A stretch of DNA of 64,000 bases from positions 96,001-160,000 of the forward strand of contig CAWDVE010000021.1 in NCBI GenBank assembly GCA_963805625.1, read 5' to 3'. The notes beneath the pieces were generated by a model, which did no database searches, was not told the origin of the DNA, and saw only the letters and a program-made list of their open reading frames with translations. Positions 8,728-17,696 of the stretch are shown here, piece by piece (position 1 is the stretch's first letter; every line of letters begins with the position of its first letter). A program made the position numbers and the translations under genes. The DNA comes from an uncultured Candidatus Rokubacteria bacterium. Its GTDB lineage: Bacteria; Methylomirabilota; Methylomirabilia; Rokubacteriales; DASRDR01.

Positions 8728-8757
8728 TTTGTAGGGCAGCGAGGGGGCCCCTGTCAA
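8728..8757 (-). promoter_or_regulatory. Sigma70-type promoter for the respiratory operon
   Basis: TTGACA (8757-8752)-N18-TACAAA (8733-8728). Confidence 0.5.
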
Positions 8758-8877
8758 GAGCACGCATCGCCTCAAAACTTCGGTTACCGAGGAAGGCTCC
8801 GTCACCTCGTGGGGGGGATGTGGTCACCCTGACTGTCGGCTCGCAGCGCGGTCGCGGGTTCCCCCTTCGCGTCGCCG

Positions 8878-8907
8878 TTGCGATGCCGGGCGCCAGTCTG
8901 CTACGAT
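8878..8907 (+). promoter_or_regulatory. Possible sigma70 promoter for the liv cluster
   Basis: TTGCGA-N18-TACGAT with extended -10 TG. Confidence 0.35.
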
Positions 8908-8966
8908 CCGCGCCACGCCGGGCGGCGCCCCGTAGCGGCGACGCCCGCCCCCCAGAGCCAGCACAC

Positions 8967-9830
8967 GTGACCGCCGAGGTCGTCGCCCAGGCCCTCCTCT
9001 CCGGCCTCCTCATGGGCTTCGTGTACGCCCTGGTCGCGGCCGGCCTCTCGCTCATCTTCGGCCTCATGGAGATCGTGAACTTCGCCCACGGCGAGTTCCT
9101 GATGCTCGCGATGTTCGCGACGTTCTGGGCCTGGGCCCTGGCGGGCCTCGATCCCGTCCTCACCCTCCCGCTCGCGACCGCCCTCCTGTTCGGGGTGGGC
9201 TGGATCGTCTACCGGGGCGTGATCAGCCGCATTCTGGCCGCCCCGATGCTGGCCCAGATCTTCGCGACCTTCGGGCTGTCCGTGTTTCTCCGAAGCGGCG
9301 CCCAGTTCCTGTGGACGCCGGACTTCCGGCTCGTCCAGAATCCCTGGATCCACGGACGTTTCTCGCTTCTGGGGCTCTTCGTCGGCGCCCCCCAGCTTGC
9401 CGCCGCCCTGACCGCCCTGCTGGCCTTCGGGCTCCTCTACTGGTTCATCACCCGCACCGAGACGGGGCTCGCCCTCCAGGCGACGGCCCAGGACCGCCAG
9501 GCCGCGGCTCTCATGGGGATCAATACCGAACGGATGTTCGCGCTCGGCTGGGGGCTCGGGGCGGCCTGCGTCGGGGCAGCCGGCGCGCTCCTCGCGAACT
9601 TCTTCTATGTGTTTCCGGACGTGGGGGCCGTCTTCGCGCTCCTCGCCTACGTCACGGTCGCGCTCGGAGGCTTCGGCAACGTCGCGGCGACGCTCCTCGG
9701 GGGCGTGCTGATCGGCCTGGTCGAGAACCTCGTCGGGCTCTGGGCACCGGCCTTCAAGTACGTCGGCGTCTTCTGTTTCTACCTCTTGGTGGTGCTCTGG
9801 CGCCCCCAGGGCCTCTTCGGGCGGTACTGA
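8967..9830 (+). CDS. livH: Branched-chain amino acid-type ABC transporter permease
   Basis: GTG start; YALVAAGLSLIFGLMEIVNFAHGE signature; GLALQATAQD..AAALMGI. Confidence 0.9.
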   Translation: MTAEVVAQALLSGLLMGFVYALVAAGLSLIFGLMEIVNFAHGEFLMLAMFATFWAWALAGLDPVLTLPLATALLFGVGWIVYRGVISRILAAPMLAQIFATFGLSVFLRSGAQFLWTPDFRLVQNPWIHGRFSLLGLFVGAPQLAAALTALLAFGLLYWFITRTETGLALQATAQDRQAAALMGINTERMFALGWGLGAACVGAAGALLANFFYVFPDVGAVFALLAYVTVALGGFGNVAATLLGGVLIGLVENLVGLWAPAFKYVGVFCFYLLVVLWRPQGLFGRY

Positions 9831-9834
9831 GGCT

Positions 9835-10839
9835 GTGGGGGACCGGGGCCGACGTGCGCTCCTGGCCGGGCTCGGCGCCGTGCTGGTCGCCTTCCCCTGG
9901 GTCTTCGTCCAGCCCTACCCGCGCGACGTGATGATCCGGATCTTCCTCTACGCGCTGCTCGCCCAGGCCTGGAATCTGCTCGGAGGTTACTGCGGCCAGG
10001 TCTCGCTCGGGAGCGCCGTCTTCTTCGGGATCGGCGCCTACACGTCCTCCGTGCTGTCGCTGTGGTGGGGCGTCTCGCCCTGGCTCGGGATGCTGGCCGG
10101 CATGGCGCTGGCCGTCCTGGTCTCCCAGGCGATCGGCTATCCCTGCTTCCGGCTCCGAGGTCACTACTTCGCGATCGCCACGATCGGCATCGGGGAGATC
10201 GTCCAGACTGTCGCGATCAACTGGGACGCGATCGGCGGCGCGCGGGGCATTTGGCTCCCGATCAAGCCGGAGACTCTGGTGAACTTCCAGTTCCACCGGG
10301 CCAAGTGGGCGTACTACTACGTCGCGCTCGCCCTCCTGGCCGCCGTGTTCGGCCTAACCGCCTTCGTCGAGCGCTCGCGGCTCGGGTACTACTTCCGCGC
10401 GATCCGCGAGGATCCGGACGCGGCCCAGAGCCTGGGCGTCCCCCTGACGCGCTACAAGCTCCTGGCGATCGCCGGCTCGGCCGCGTTCACGGCGCTGGGT
10501 GGCACCTTCTACGCGCAGTACGTCCTCTTCATCGACCCGGAGTCTGTGTTCCCGACGTCGCTCTCCATCCTGGTCTGCCTGGTCGCCGTACTAGGGGGCG
10601 TCGGCACACTCTGGGGTCCGGCCCTCGGGGCGGGCGTGCTCATCTCCCTGTCCGAGACGACACGCGTCTGGCTCGGAGGCACCGGGAAGGCCGTCGACCT
10701 CATGATCTACGGAGGTCTCATCGTCCTCGTCTCGGTCTTCCAGCCGGGCGGCCTCGTGGGACTTGTCCGACGGCTGGGCCGCCGTCCGGGGGGACCGGCG
10801 TCGCCGACGCCGGTCGCCGTGCCCCAGGGCATGGGATAG
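9835..10839 (+). CDS. livM: Branched-chain amino acid-type ABC transporter permease
   Basis: WNLLGGYCGQVSLG..FFGIGAY; RLRGHYFAIAT; RAIREDPDAA. Confidence 0.9.
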   Translation: MGDRGRRALLAGLGAVLVAFPWVFVQPYPRDVMIRIFLYALLAQAWNLLGGYCGQVSLGSAVFFGIGAYTSSVLSLWWGVSPWLGMLAGMALAVLVSQAIGYPCFRLRGHYFAIATIGIGEIVQTVAINWDAIGGARGIWLPIKPETLVNFQFHRAKWAYYYVALALLAAVFGLTAFVERSRLGYYFRAIREDPDAAQSLGVPLTRYKLLAIAGSAAFTALGGTFYAQYVLFIDPESVFPTSLSILVCLVAVLGGVGTLWGPALGAGVLISLSETTRVWLGGTGKAVDLMIYGGLIVLVSVFQPGGLVGLVRRLGRRPGGPASPTPVAVPQGMG

Positions 10840-10853
10840 CCGGGGCCCGCGCG

Positions 10854-11624
10854 ATGGATCTCCGCGTGGATTCCCAAGTGGAGGGGGCCAGGAAGGGAGG
10901 GGCTGGGGCTCTCCTGGAGGTCCGCGCCGTCACCAAGCGCTTCGGCGGCCTCGTGGCGAACCAGGAGATCACCTTCGACGTGGCGCCGGGCGAGATCGTC
11001 GGCGTGATCGGGCCGAACGGCGCCGGGAAGTCGACGCTGTTCGACGTGATCACGGGCTTTCACCGGCCGGACAGGGGGGACATCCGCTTCGCCGGCGAGA
11101 CCCTCATCGGCCTCCGGCCGGATCAGATCAACCGCCGGGGCATCGGCCGGACATTCCAGAAGCTCCGCCCGTTCAGTGGCATGACGGTGCGGGAGAACGT
11201 CACGGTGGGCGCCCTCGCGCGCGCCGCATCCACCGGCGCGGCGCGCGTCGAGGCCGATCGCTGCCTCGCGCTGGTGGGGCTCGCCGACAAGGCCGGCGCC
11301 TTCGCCCGCGAGCTCTCGACCGGACAGCGGAAACGCCTCGAGATGGCGCGGGCGATGGCCACGCGGCCCCGGCTCCTCATGCTGGACGAAGTCACCGGGG
11401 GCGTGGACCAGCGGTCGATCCCCGGCTTGGTCGCCCTGATCAGCCGGCTCCGCGACGAGGGCGCCACCCTGGTCGTCATCGAGCACAACATGCGGGTCAT
11501 CATGAGCGTCGCGACGCGCATCGTCGCGCTCCATCTCGGGGAGAAGATCGCGGACGGTCCGCCCGCGGACGTCGTGCGCGACCGCCGACTCGTCGAGGCC
11601 TACCTCGGCGCGGCCTACCTCTAG
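10854..11624 (+). CDS. livG: ABC transporter ATP-binding protein
   Basis: KRFGGL, GPNGAGKST, GRTFQ, LMLDE, IEHNM, EAYLG. Confidence 0.9.
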   Translation: MDLRVDSQVEGARKGGAGALLEVRAVTKRFGGLVANQEITFDVAPGEIVGVIGPNGAGKSTLFDVITGFHRPDRGDIRFAGETLIGLRPDQINRRGIGRTFQKLRPFSGMTVRENVTVGALARAASTGAARVEADRCLALVGLADKAGAFARELSTGQRKRLEMARAMATRPRLLMLDEVTGGVDQRSIPGLVALISRLRDEGATLVVIEHNMRVIMSVATRIVALHLGEKIADGPPADVVRDRRLVEAYLGAAYL

Positions 11625-11627
11625 GCC

Positions 11628-12335
11628 ATGCTGCGAGTCGAGGGGCTCTCGGTCGCGTACGGGGACTTCCAAGTCCTCTGGGACGTCTCGCTCGAGGTCC
11701 GAGCGGGCGAGATCGTCGCCCTCCTCGGCCCGAACGGCGCGGGCAAGTCCACCCTCCTCAACAGCGTCTCCGGCCTCGTCCGCGCCCGGCAGGGGCGGAT
11801 CGAACTCGAGGGCCGGCGCGTCGACGGGCTGCCGGCCCACGAGCGGGTGGCCTTCGGCCTCGCCCACGTGCTGGAGCGCCGGCGGCTGTTTCCCTACCTC
11901 ACCGTCCGCCAGAACCTGCTCCTGGGGGCCTACCACCCGGCCGCGAAGCCCCACCGCGCGGAGAGCCTCGCCTGGGTGGAGGCGCTCTTCCCCCGCCTCC
12001 GGGAGCGCGAGAACCAGCCCGCCCACACGCTGTCCGGGGGCGAGCAGCAGATGGTGGCGATCGGGCGAGGCCTGATGGCCCGGCCGCGCCTCCTGCTCGT
12101 CGACGAGCCCACGCTCGGCCTGGCGCCCAGGGTGGTCGCCGACATCCTCGATGTGCTCCGCCGCATCAATGGGGAGCAGGGCGTCACGGTGCTCTTCATC
12201 GAGCAGAACGTCGAGGTCGCCCTGTCCCTCGCCCACCGCGGCTACATCCTCGAGTCGGGCCGCCTGCTGCTCGACGGCTCCGCCGCGGCCCTGCGGGCTT
12301 CCCCCGAGGTCCGGCGGGTCTTCCTCGGCCTCTGA
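11628..12335 (+). CDS. livF: ABC transporter ATP-binding protein
   Basis: GPNGAGKST, FPRLRER, LSGGEQQM, VDEPTLGLAP, EQN. Confidence 0.92.
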   Translation: MLRVEGLSVAYGDFQVLWDVSLEVRAGEIVALLGPNGAGKSTLLNSVSGLVRARQGRIELEGRRVDGLPAHERVAFGLAHVLERRRLFPYLTVRQNLLLGAYHPAAKPHRAESLAWVEALFPRLRERENQPAHTLSGGEQQMVAIGRGLMARPRLLLVDEPTLGLAPRVVADILDVLRRINGEQGVTVLFIEQNVEVALSLAHRGYILESGRLLLDGSAAALRASPEVRRVFLGL

Positions 12336-12362
12336 GCCGCTCGGCGGGGCCGGGGGGCGCGA

Positions 12363-12392
12363 TTGCTCCACCCGCCGCCGCTGTGCTACCGT
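12363..12392 (+). promoter_or_regulatory. Possible extended -10 promoter for trxA
   Basis: TTGCTC-N18-TACCGT with TG at the extended -10 position. Confidence 0.3.
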
Positions 12393-12467
12393 GAAAGGTG
12401 CTAGTTCACGCTCGTCTCGTGATGAGCGTCACTCCGACCGATCGGTCATCCTGAGCGGAGGATCTCC

Positions 12468-12797
12468 ATGGCAGGTCAGGCCACGTTGCACCTCACCGAG
12501 GCCGCATTCGACCAGACTCTGGCCGAGCACCAAGAGGCGATCATCGTCGACTTCTGGGCGGAGTGGTGCGGCCCGTGCAAGGCGATCGCGCCGACCCTCG
12601 ACGAGCTGGCAGTGGAGTACGCGGGGCGCGTGACGATCGCGAAGGTCAACGTCGACGAGCATCCCGGCCTCGCGGCCCGCTTCCAGGTGCGCTCGATCCC
12701 AACCCTCCTCTTCTTCAAGGGCGGCCAGGTCATCGATCAGGTCATCGGCGCGGTCCCCAAGGCGCAGATCAAGAAGCGCTTGGACGCGGTCGCCTGA
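12468..12797 (+). CDS. trxA: Thioredoxin
   Basis: DFWAEWCGPC and SIPT motifs; GGAGG SD. Confidence 0.97.
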   Translation: MAGQATLHLTEAAFDQTLAEHQEAIIVDFWAEWCGPCKAIAPTLDELAVEYAGRVTIAKVNVDEHPGLAARFQVRSIPTLLFFKGGQVIDQVIGAVPKAQIKKRLDAVA

Positions 12798-12810
12798 GCG
12801 GAGCCCGCCG

Positions 12811-13851
12811 GTGAAGGCCGGCGAGGACCCTGACCCGGGGCTCTCACGCATCACGCTGGCAGAGCTCGGCGAGCGCGGGCTGATTGCCCGCCTCCGCCAC
12901 CGGCTCCCGCCGCCCGGGCCCGACATCCTGGTAGGAATCGGGGATGACGCCGCCGCGGTGAGCTGGGGCGGGGAGACTCTCCTGCTGACGACCGACACCT
13001 TGCTTGAGGGCGTCCACTTCCGCCGCTCCACCGCCACGCTCCGCGACATCGGCGCCAAGGCGATTGCGGTCAACGTCTCCGATATCGCCGCCATGGGCGG
13101 AGAGCCCCGCTATGCGCTGCTCGCCCTCGCGCTGCCCCCGAGCCTCACCGTGGACGAGGTCGACGAGCTGTACGCGGGGTTCCTGGACATGGCCCGGCAG
13201 CACGGCGTGACGCTCGTCGGGGGCGACACCTGCGCCGCTCCCGGCGGCGTGGTCCTCTCGGTGACCCTCGTCGGGCGCGTGACCGGCACGCCTCTTCGCC
13301 GCAGCGGCGCCCGGCCGGGCGACGCCATCCTGGTCACGGGGACCCTCGGGGCATCGGCGGCGGGCCTGGCCGTGCTCGAGCGAGGGCACGGCGGGTTGCC
13401 GCCGGCCGTCGTCGAGGCGGTCGTGCGCCCGCACCGGGTGCCGACTCCCCGCGTCGCTGAGAGCCGGCTCATCCAGGCCTCGGGCTGGGCGACGGCGATG
13501 ATCGACCTCTCGGACGGCCTCGTGACGGATCTCGGGCACATCGCGACCGAGAGCCGGGTGGGAGCGCGGATCGATATCGATGCCCTCCCGGTGAGTGAGG
13601 CAACCCGCGCGGTGGCCGGCGCCTTCGGCGTTGACCCCCTGGGCTGGGCGCTGAGCGGCGGCGAGGACTACGAGCTCCTCTTCACGGCGGCCCCGGACCG
13701 GGCGGCCGAGCTCGCCCGCGCGGTGGAGGCGCGGGCGGGCACGCCCGTCCACCGGATCGGGGAGGTACGGCCCCTGGACGAAGGCGTGCGGTTCCTCGAC
13801 CAGGGCGGCCGCCCGCATGTGGTCGAGCCCGGCTTCGACCACTTCGGCTGA
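12811..13851 (+). CDS. thiL: Thiamine-monophosphate kinase
   Basis: GIGDDAA, EGVHF, NVSDIAAMGG, IDLSDGL, GGEDYEL. Confidence 0.96.
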   Translation: MKAGEDPDPGLSRITLAELGERGLIARLRHRLPPPGPDILVGIGDDAAAVSWGGETLLLTTDTLLEGVHFRRSTATLRDIGAKAIAVNVSDIAAMGGEPRYALLALALPPSLTVDEVDELYAGFLDMARQHGVTLVGGDTCAAPGGVVLSVTLVGRVTGTPLRRSGARPGDAILVTGTLGASAAGLAVLERGHGGLPPAVVEAVVRPHRVPTPRVAESRLIQASGWATAMIDLSDGLVTDLGHIATESRVGARIDIDALPVSEATRAVAGAFGVDPLGWALSGGEDYELLFTAAPDRAAELARAVEARAGTPVHRIGEVRPLDEGVRFLDQGGRPHVVEPGFDHFG

Positions 13852-13854
13852 GCC

Positions 13855-15177
13855 ATGGAGCGACTGGTCCTCGATCTTCTCCTGCTGGCGGCCTTCCTCG
13901 GTGTCTCGGCGCTCCTGGCCGGCGCCGAGGCCGCCTACTTCTCGCTCACCCGCCTGGGAAGCGCCCATCTCGAGCCGGAGGAGTCCCCGGAACACGCTCT
14001 CCTCGTGCGGGTCCTCCGCGACCCGCGCGACCTCCTGATCACGCTGCTCGTCGGCATCACCATCGTCAACATCGCGGCCTCGGCGCTCGCCACGCAGGTG
14101 GCCACGACCCTGTTCGGGTCCCGAGGCATCGGGATCGCGATTCCCGTCATGGTCTTCCTCATCGTCGTCTTCGGCGAGGTCCTCCCCATGACGATCGCGG
14201 TCGGCATGCCGCACCGCTTCGGCCTGCTCGTGGCGCGTCCCGTGCTGGCGCTCCAGTGGCTCCTCACGCCGGTCCGCCTCCTGCTGGGGACGTTCACCCA
14301 CTTCGTGTCGCAGGCGGCGGACGGGGAGGGTGTGGCCAAAGCGGCGATTTCGGAGGCCGAGCTCCGCACGCTGGTCGAGGTCGGCCACCAGGAGGGCGTG
14401 GTCCAGCGCAAAGAGCGCGAGATGATCCACGGTGTCTTCGAGCTCGGGGAGACCACTGTGGCCGAGGTCATGGTCCCGCGGACGGACGTCTTCGGCGTCG
14501 ACGTGGCGACGCCGCCCGACCGACTGCTGCCCGCCGTCCGGGCAAACCTGCACCACCGCGTCCCCGTCTACGAGGGAAGCCTGGATCACGTGCTGGGCAT
14601 CCTCCTGGTGAAGGAGCTCCTGCCGTACTACGCGGGTCTGCCGCCCGACTTCGACCTCCGCGCGCACCTCACCCCACCCTACTTCGTGCCGCAATCGAAG
14701 CGGGCTGACGCGCTCCTGCGCGAGTTCAAGGCCAAGAAGCTCCGGACGGCCATCGTCGTCGACGAGTACGGCGGGACGGCGGGGCTGATCACGCTCGAGG
14801 ACCTCCTGGAGGAGGTCGTCGGCGAGATCCGCGACGAGTTCGAGGCCGAGGAACGCCTGGCCCAGCCCGTGGATGAGCGCACGTGGCGCGTGGCGGCGAA
14901 GATGTCCATCGGCGACTTCAATGGCGTCACGGGACTGTCCATCTCCGACGAGCACTTCGACACGGTCGGAGGCTGGGTCCTTGACCTCTTCGGTCGCGTG
15001 CCCCACCGGGGGGAGAGCGTCGAGGCCGAGGGCATCCGGGTCACGGTGGAGACAATGCACCGGAACCGCATCCTCCAGGTGCTCGTCCGCCTGGCAGCGC
15101 CCGCGGGCTCGCGATCCGCCGCGCCGGACGGGACCCCGATGCCGGACACCGACGTCCGATCCGGGAGCGAGACGTGA
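13855..15177 (+). CDS. CNNM(DUF21)-CBS-CorC (hemolysin/TlyC-like) membrane protein 1
   Basis: AEAAYFSL, VVFGEVLP, VMVPRTDV, IVVDEYGGTAGLITLEDLLEEVVGEI. Confidence 0.92.
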   Translation: MERLVLDLLLLAAFLGVSALLAGAEAAYFSLTRLGSAHLEPEESPEHALLVRVLRDPRDLLITLLVGITIVNIAASALATQVATTLFGSRGIGIAIPVMVFLIVVFGEVLPMTIAVGMPHRFGLLVARPVLALQWLLTPVRLLLGTFTHFVSQAADGEGVAKAAISEAELRTLVEVGHQEGVVQRKEREMIHGVFELGETTVAEVMVPRTDVFGVDVATPPDRLLPAVRANLHHRVPVYEGSLDHVLGILLVKELLPYYAGLPPDFDLRAHLTPPYFVPQSKRADALLREFKAKKLRTAIVVDEYGGTAGLITLEDLLEEVVGEIRDEFEAEERLAQPVDERTWRVAAKMSIGDFNGVTGLSISDEHFDTVGGWVLDLFGRVPHRGESVEAEGIRVTVETMHRNRILQVLVRLAAPAGSRSAAPDGTPMPDTDVRSGSET

Positions 15178-16487
15178 GCCTCGGGGCCACCTTCGGCATC
15201 GTCCTACTGTGCCTGCTCGCCTCGGCGTTCTTCTCCAGCGCCGAGATCGCCTTCCTGGCCGCCAACCGGGTGCGACTCCGCCACCTGGCCGAGCAGGGGT
15301 CGCGCGTGGCGCGCGGGTATATGGCGGCGTTCCAGCAGCCGGAGCGGCTGCTGTCCACGGCGATGATGGGAGTGACGATCGCCCACGTGGTCTCCTCGGC
15401 GGTCGCGACCGCGGCCCTCCTCTACTGGGTCGGCGGCCAGGCCTCCCTGTGGGCCACGGTGATCCTCACGCCGCTGATGCTGGTGTTCGGTGAGATCCTC
15501 CCGAAGGCGCTGACCCAGCCCCGCGCCACCGAGGTGGCCGTCCGCACCTTCGACCCGCTCCGGGCCGTCGCCTGGCTCCTTGCCCCGATCGTGGGCATCG
15601 CGAATCTGCTCGTCCGCGCGATGCTGCGAGGTCTCGGGCACGGGGAGCGCCGGGATCCGTTCGTCTCCCGGGCCGACCTTCGCCTCCTCGTGGAACGCGA
15701 GCCGGAGGGGACGACCGACGTCCGCGAGGAAGAACGGGAGATGATCGAGGGGATCTTCGATCTCGTCGAGACGTCTGCGCGCGAGGTCATGGTCCCGCTG
15801 GTGGACGTGGTGGCGGTCCCCGAGGACGCGAGCATCGACGACGCGGTGGCGCTGGTGCGGGAGAGCGGGCACTCCCGGCTCCCCGTCTATCAGGAGCGCA
15901 TCGACAACGTCGTGGGGGTGGTCGCCGCGCTCGACATCCTGGGCCGAGGCGCGGCCGGCGAAACGATCCGGACTCTCATGCGCCCGGCGCACTACATCCC
16001 CGCCACCAAGCGGATCAGCGATCTTCTGCCGGAGATGCAGCGCCGGCGGATCCAGCTTGCCGTCGTGGTGGACGAGTACGGCGCCAGCCAGGGCATCGTG
16101 ACCGTCGGAGACATCATCGAGGAGATCGTGGGAGCGATCCCGGACGACCGCGAGCGGACGCCCTCCCAGCTCGTCCGGCTACCCGACGGAAGCTACCTCG
16201 TGGCCGGGCGCATGTGGATCGAGGAGGTTAACGAGGCGCTAGACTGGAGCCTCCCGACCAAGAAGGACTACGAGACGGTGGCAGGGCTGATCCTCGCCTC
16301 CCTCGGGCGCATCCCCCGGCCGGGGGAGCAGGTGACCATCGGCGGCTACGAGCTCGCGGTGGTGGACGCCGACGAGCGACGCATTCTCAAGGTGAAGATC
16401 CGGGGGCGCGAGCGGGCAGCCGACGCCGCCCCCGCCCGACCGCCCACGCAGCCGCCCACACAGCCGCAAGGAGGGCACTCAGCATGA
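15174..16487 (+). CDS. CNNM(DUF21)-CBS-CorC (hemolysin/TlyC-like) membrane protein 2
   Basis: FFSSAEIA, FGEILPK, GHSRLPVY, VVDEYG; GTGA overlap with the upstream paralog. Confidence 0.92.
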   Translation: MSLGATFGIVLLCLLASAFFSSAEIAFLAANRVRLRHLAEQGSRVARGYMAAFQQPERLLSTAMMGVTIAHVVSSAVATAALLYWVGGQASLWATVILTPLMLVFGEILPKALTQPRATEVAVRTFDPLRAVAWLLAPIVGIANLLVRAMLRGLGHGERRDPFVSRADLRLLVEREPEGTTDVREEEREMIEGIFDLVETSAREVMVPLVDVVAVPEDASIDDAVALVRESGHSRLPVYQERIDNVVGVVAALDILGRGAAGETIRTLMRPAHYIPATKRISDLLPEMQRRRIQLAVVVDEYGASQGIVTVGDIIEEIVGAIPDDRERTPSQLVRLPDGSYLVAGRMWIEEVNEALDWSLPTKKDYETVAGLILASLGRIPRPGEQVTIGGYELAVVDADERRILKVKIRGRERAADAAPARPPTQPPTQPQGGHSA

Positions 16488-17158
16488 CCGGCAGCATGGT
16501 GACGTTTCCCGCGAACGGGGCCACGACGTCGGGGTATCTCGCCACGCCGAAGAGCGGCGCGGGGCCGGGCGTCCTCGTGATCCAGGAGTGGTGGGGGCTC
16601 GTCCCCCATATCAAGCACGTCTGCGATCGCTTCGCGGCCGAAGGCTTCGTGGCGCTCGCGCCCGACATGTACCACGGGCAGACCGCCAGCGAGCCCGACA
16701 CCGCCGGGAAGCTCTTCATGGCGCTCAACATCGCCCGCGCCGAGAAGGACCTTCGCGGCGCCGCGACGTACCTCCTCACCCGCTCCTCCGCGAAGAAGGT
16801 CGGGGCGGTGGGATTTTGCATGGGCGGCCAGCTCGCGCTCTTCGCGGCGACGCTCAATCCCGCGGTCGGGGCGTGCGTGAACTTCTACGGCATCCACCCG
16901 AACGTCAAGCCCGACTACGCGAAGCTGGCCGGGCCCGTGCTCGGGCTCTACGCCGAGCGGGACGGCTTCGTGACGCCCACGGTCGCGCGGCAGGTCGACG
17001 CCGACATCAAGAAGGCTGGCAAGTCGTCCGAGATCCACGTCTACCCAGGGGTCGACCACGCGTTCTTCAACGACGAGCGCGCCGACGTCTACGATCGGGC
17101 CGCCGCCGAGGACGCCTGGCGGCGGACGCTCACCTTCTTCCGCCACCACCTCCGGTAG
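16484..17158 (+). CDS. Dienelactone hydrolase family protein
   Basis: IQEWWG, GFCMGG nucleophile motif, HAFFN. Confidence 0.93.
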   Translation: MTGSMVTFPANGATTSGYLATPKSGAGPGVLVIQEWWGLVPHIKHVCDRFAAEGFVALAPDMYHGQTASEPDTAGKLFMALNIARAEKDLRGAATYLLTRSSAKKVGAVGFCMGGQLALFAATLNPAVGACVNFYGIHPNVKPDYAKLAGPVLGLYAERDGFVTPTVARQVDADIKKAGKSSEIHVYPGVDHAFFNDERADVYDRAAAEDAWRRTLTFFRHHLR

Positions 17159-17234
17159 CCGGCACCCCGCGCCGGACGCCACCCGAAACGCCGCAGGTAG
17201 CGGAGCGCGGGACCGTCCCGGTCGGCGACGATGC

Positions 17235-17696
17235 CTAGCCGCGTCCCGCGGCGGCGGCCGCCTTCCGCGCCTTCTTCGCTTCTTTGCCCTTGGGCTCGGT
17301 GGACTTCTTGCCCTTGTCGGCCTTTTCCTTGGGAGCCGCGGGCCGGTCGACCAACTCCAGGATCGCCACCGGGGCGGCGTCGCCGCGGCGCGTCCCCAGC
17401 TGGAGGATCCGGGTGTACCCGCCCCGCCGGTCCGCGTAGCGGGCGCCGACCGTGTCGAAGAGCCGGCGCACGACCACCACGTCCGGCACCAGGGTGAGCG
17501 CCTGCCGTCGCGCGTGGAGGGTGTCCTCCTTCGCGAGGGTGACCAGGTGGTCCGCCAACGGTCGGACCGCTTTCGCCTTGGCCAGCGTGGTCGTAATCCG
17601 CTCGTGGGTGAACAGCGCCGCCAGGAGGTTCCGGAACAGGGCCCAGCGGTGAGCCGTCAGCCGGCCCAGCTTGGAGCCGCCGCGCTTGTGTCTCAT
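17235..17696 (-). CDS. rplQ: 50S ribosomal protein L17 (Lys/Ala-rich C-terminal tail)
   Basis: MRHKR..KLGR..HR, ITTTLAKAK, GGYTRI. Confidence 0.97.
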   Translation of the reverse strand: MRHKRGGSKLGRLTAHRWALFRNLLAALFTHERITTTLAKAKAVRPLADHLVTLAKEDTLHARRQALTLVPDVVVVRRLFDTVGARYADRRGGYTRILQLGTRRGDAAPVAILELVDRPAAPKEKADKGKKSTEPKGKEAKKARKAAAAAGRG

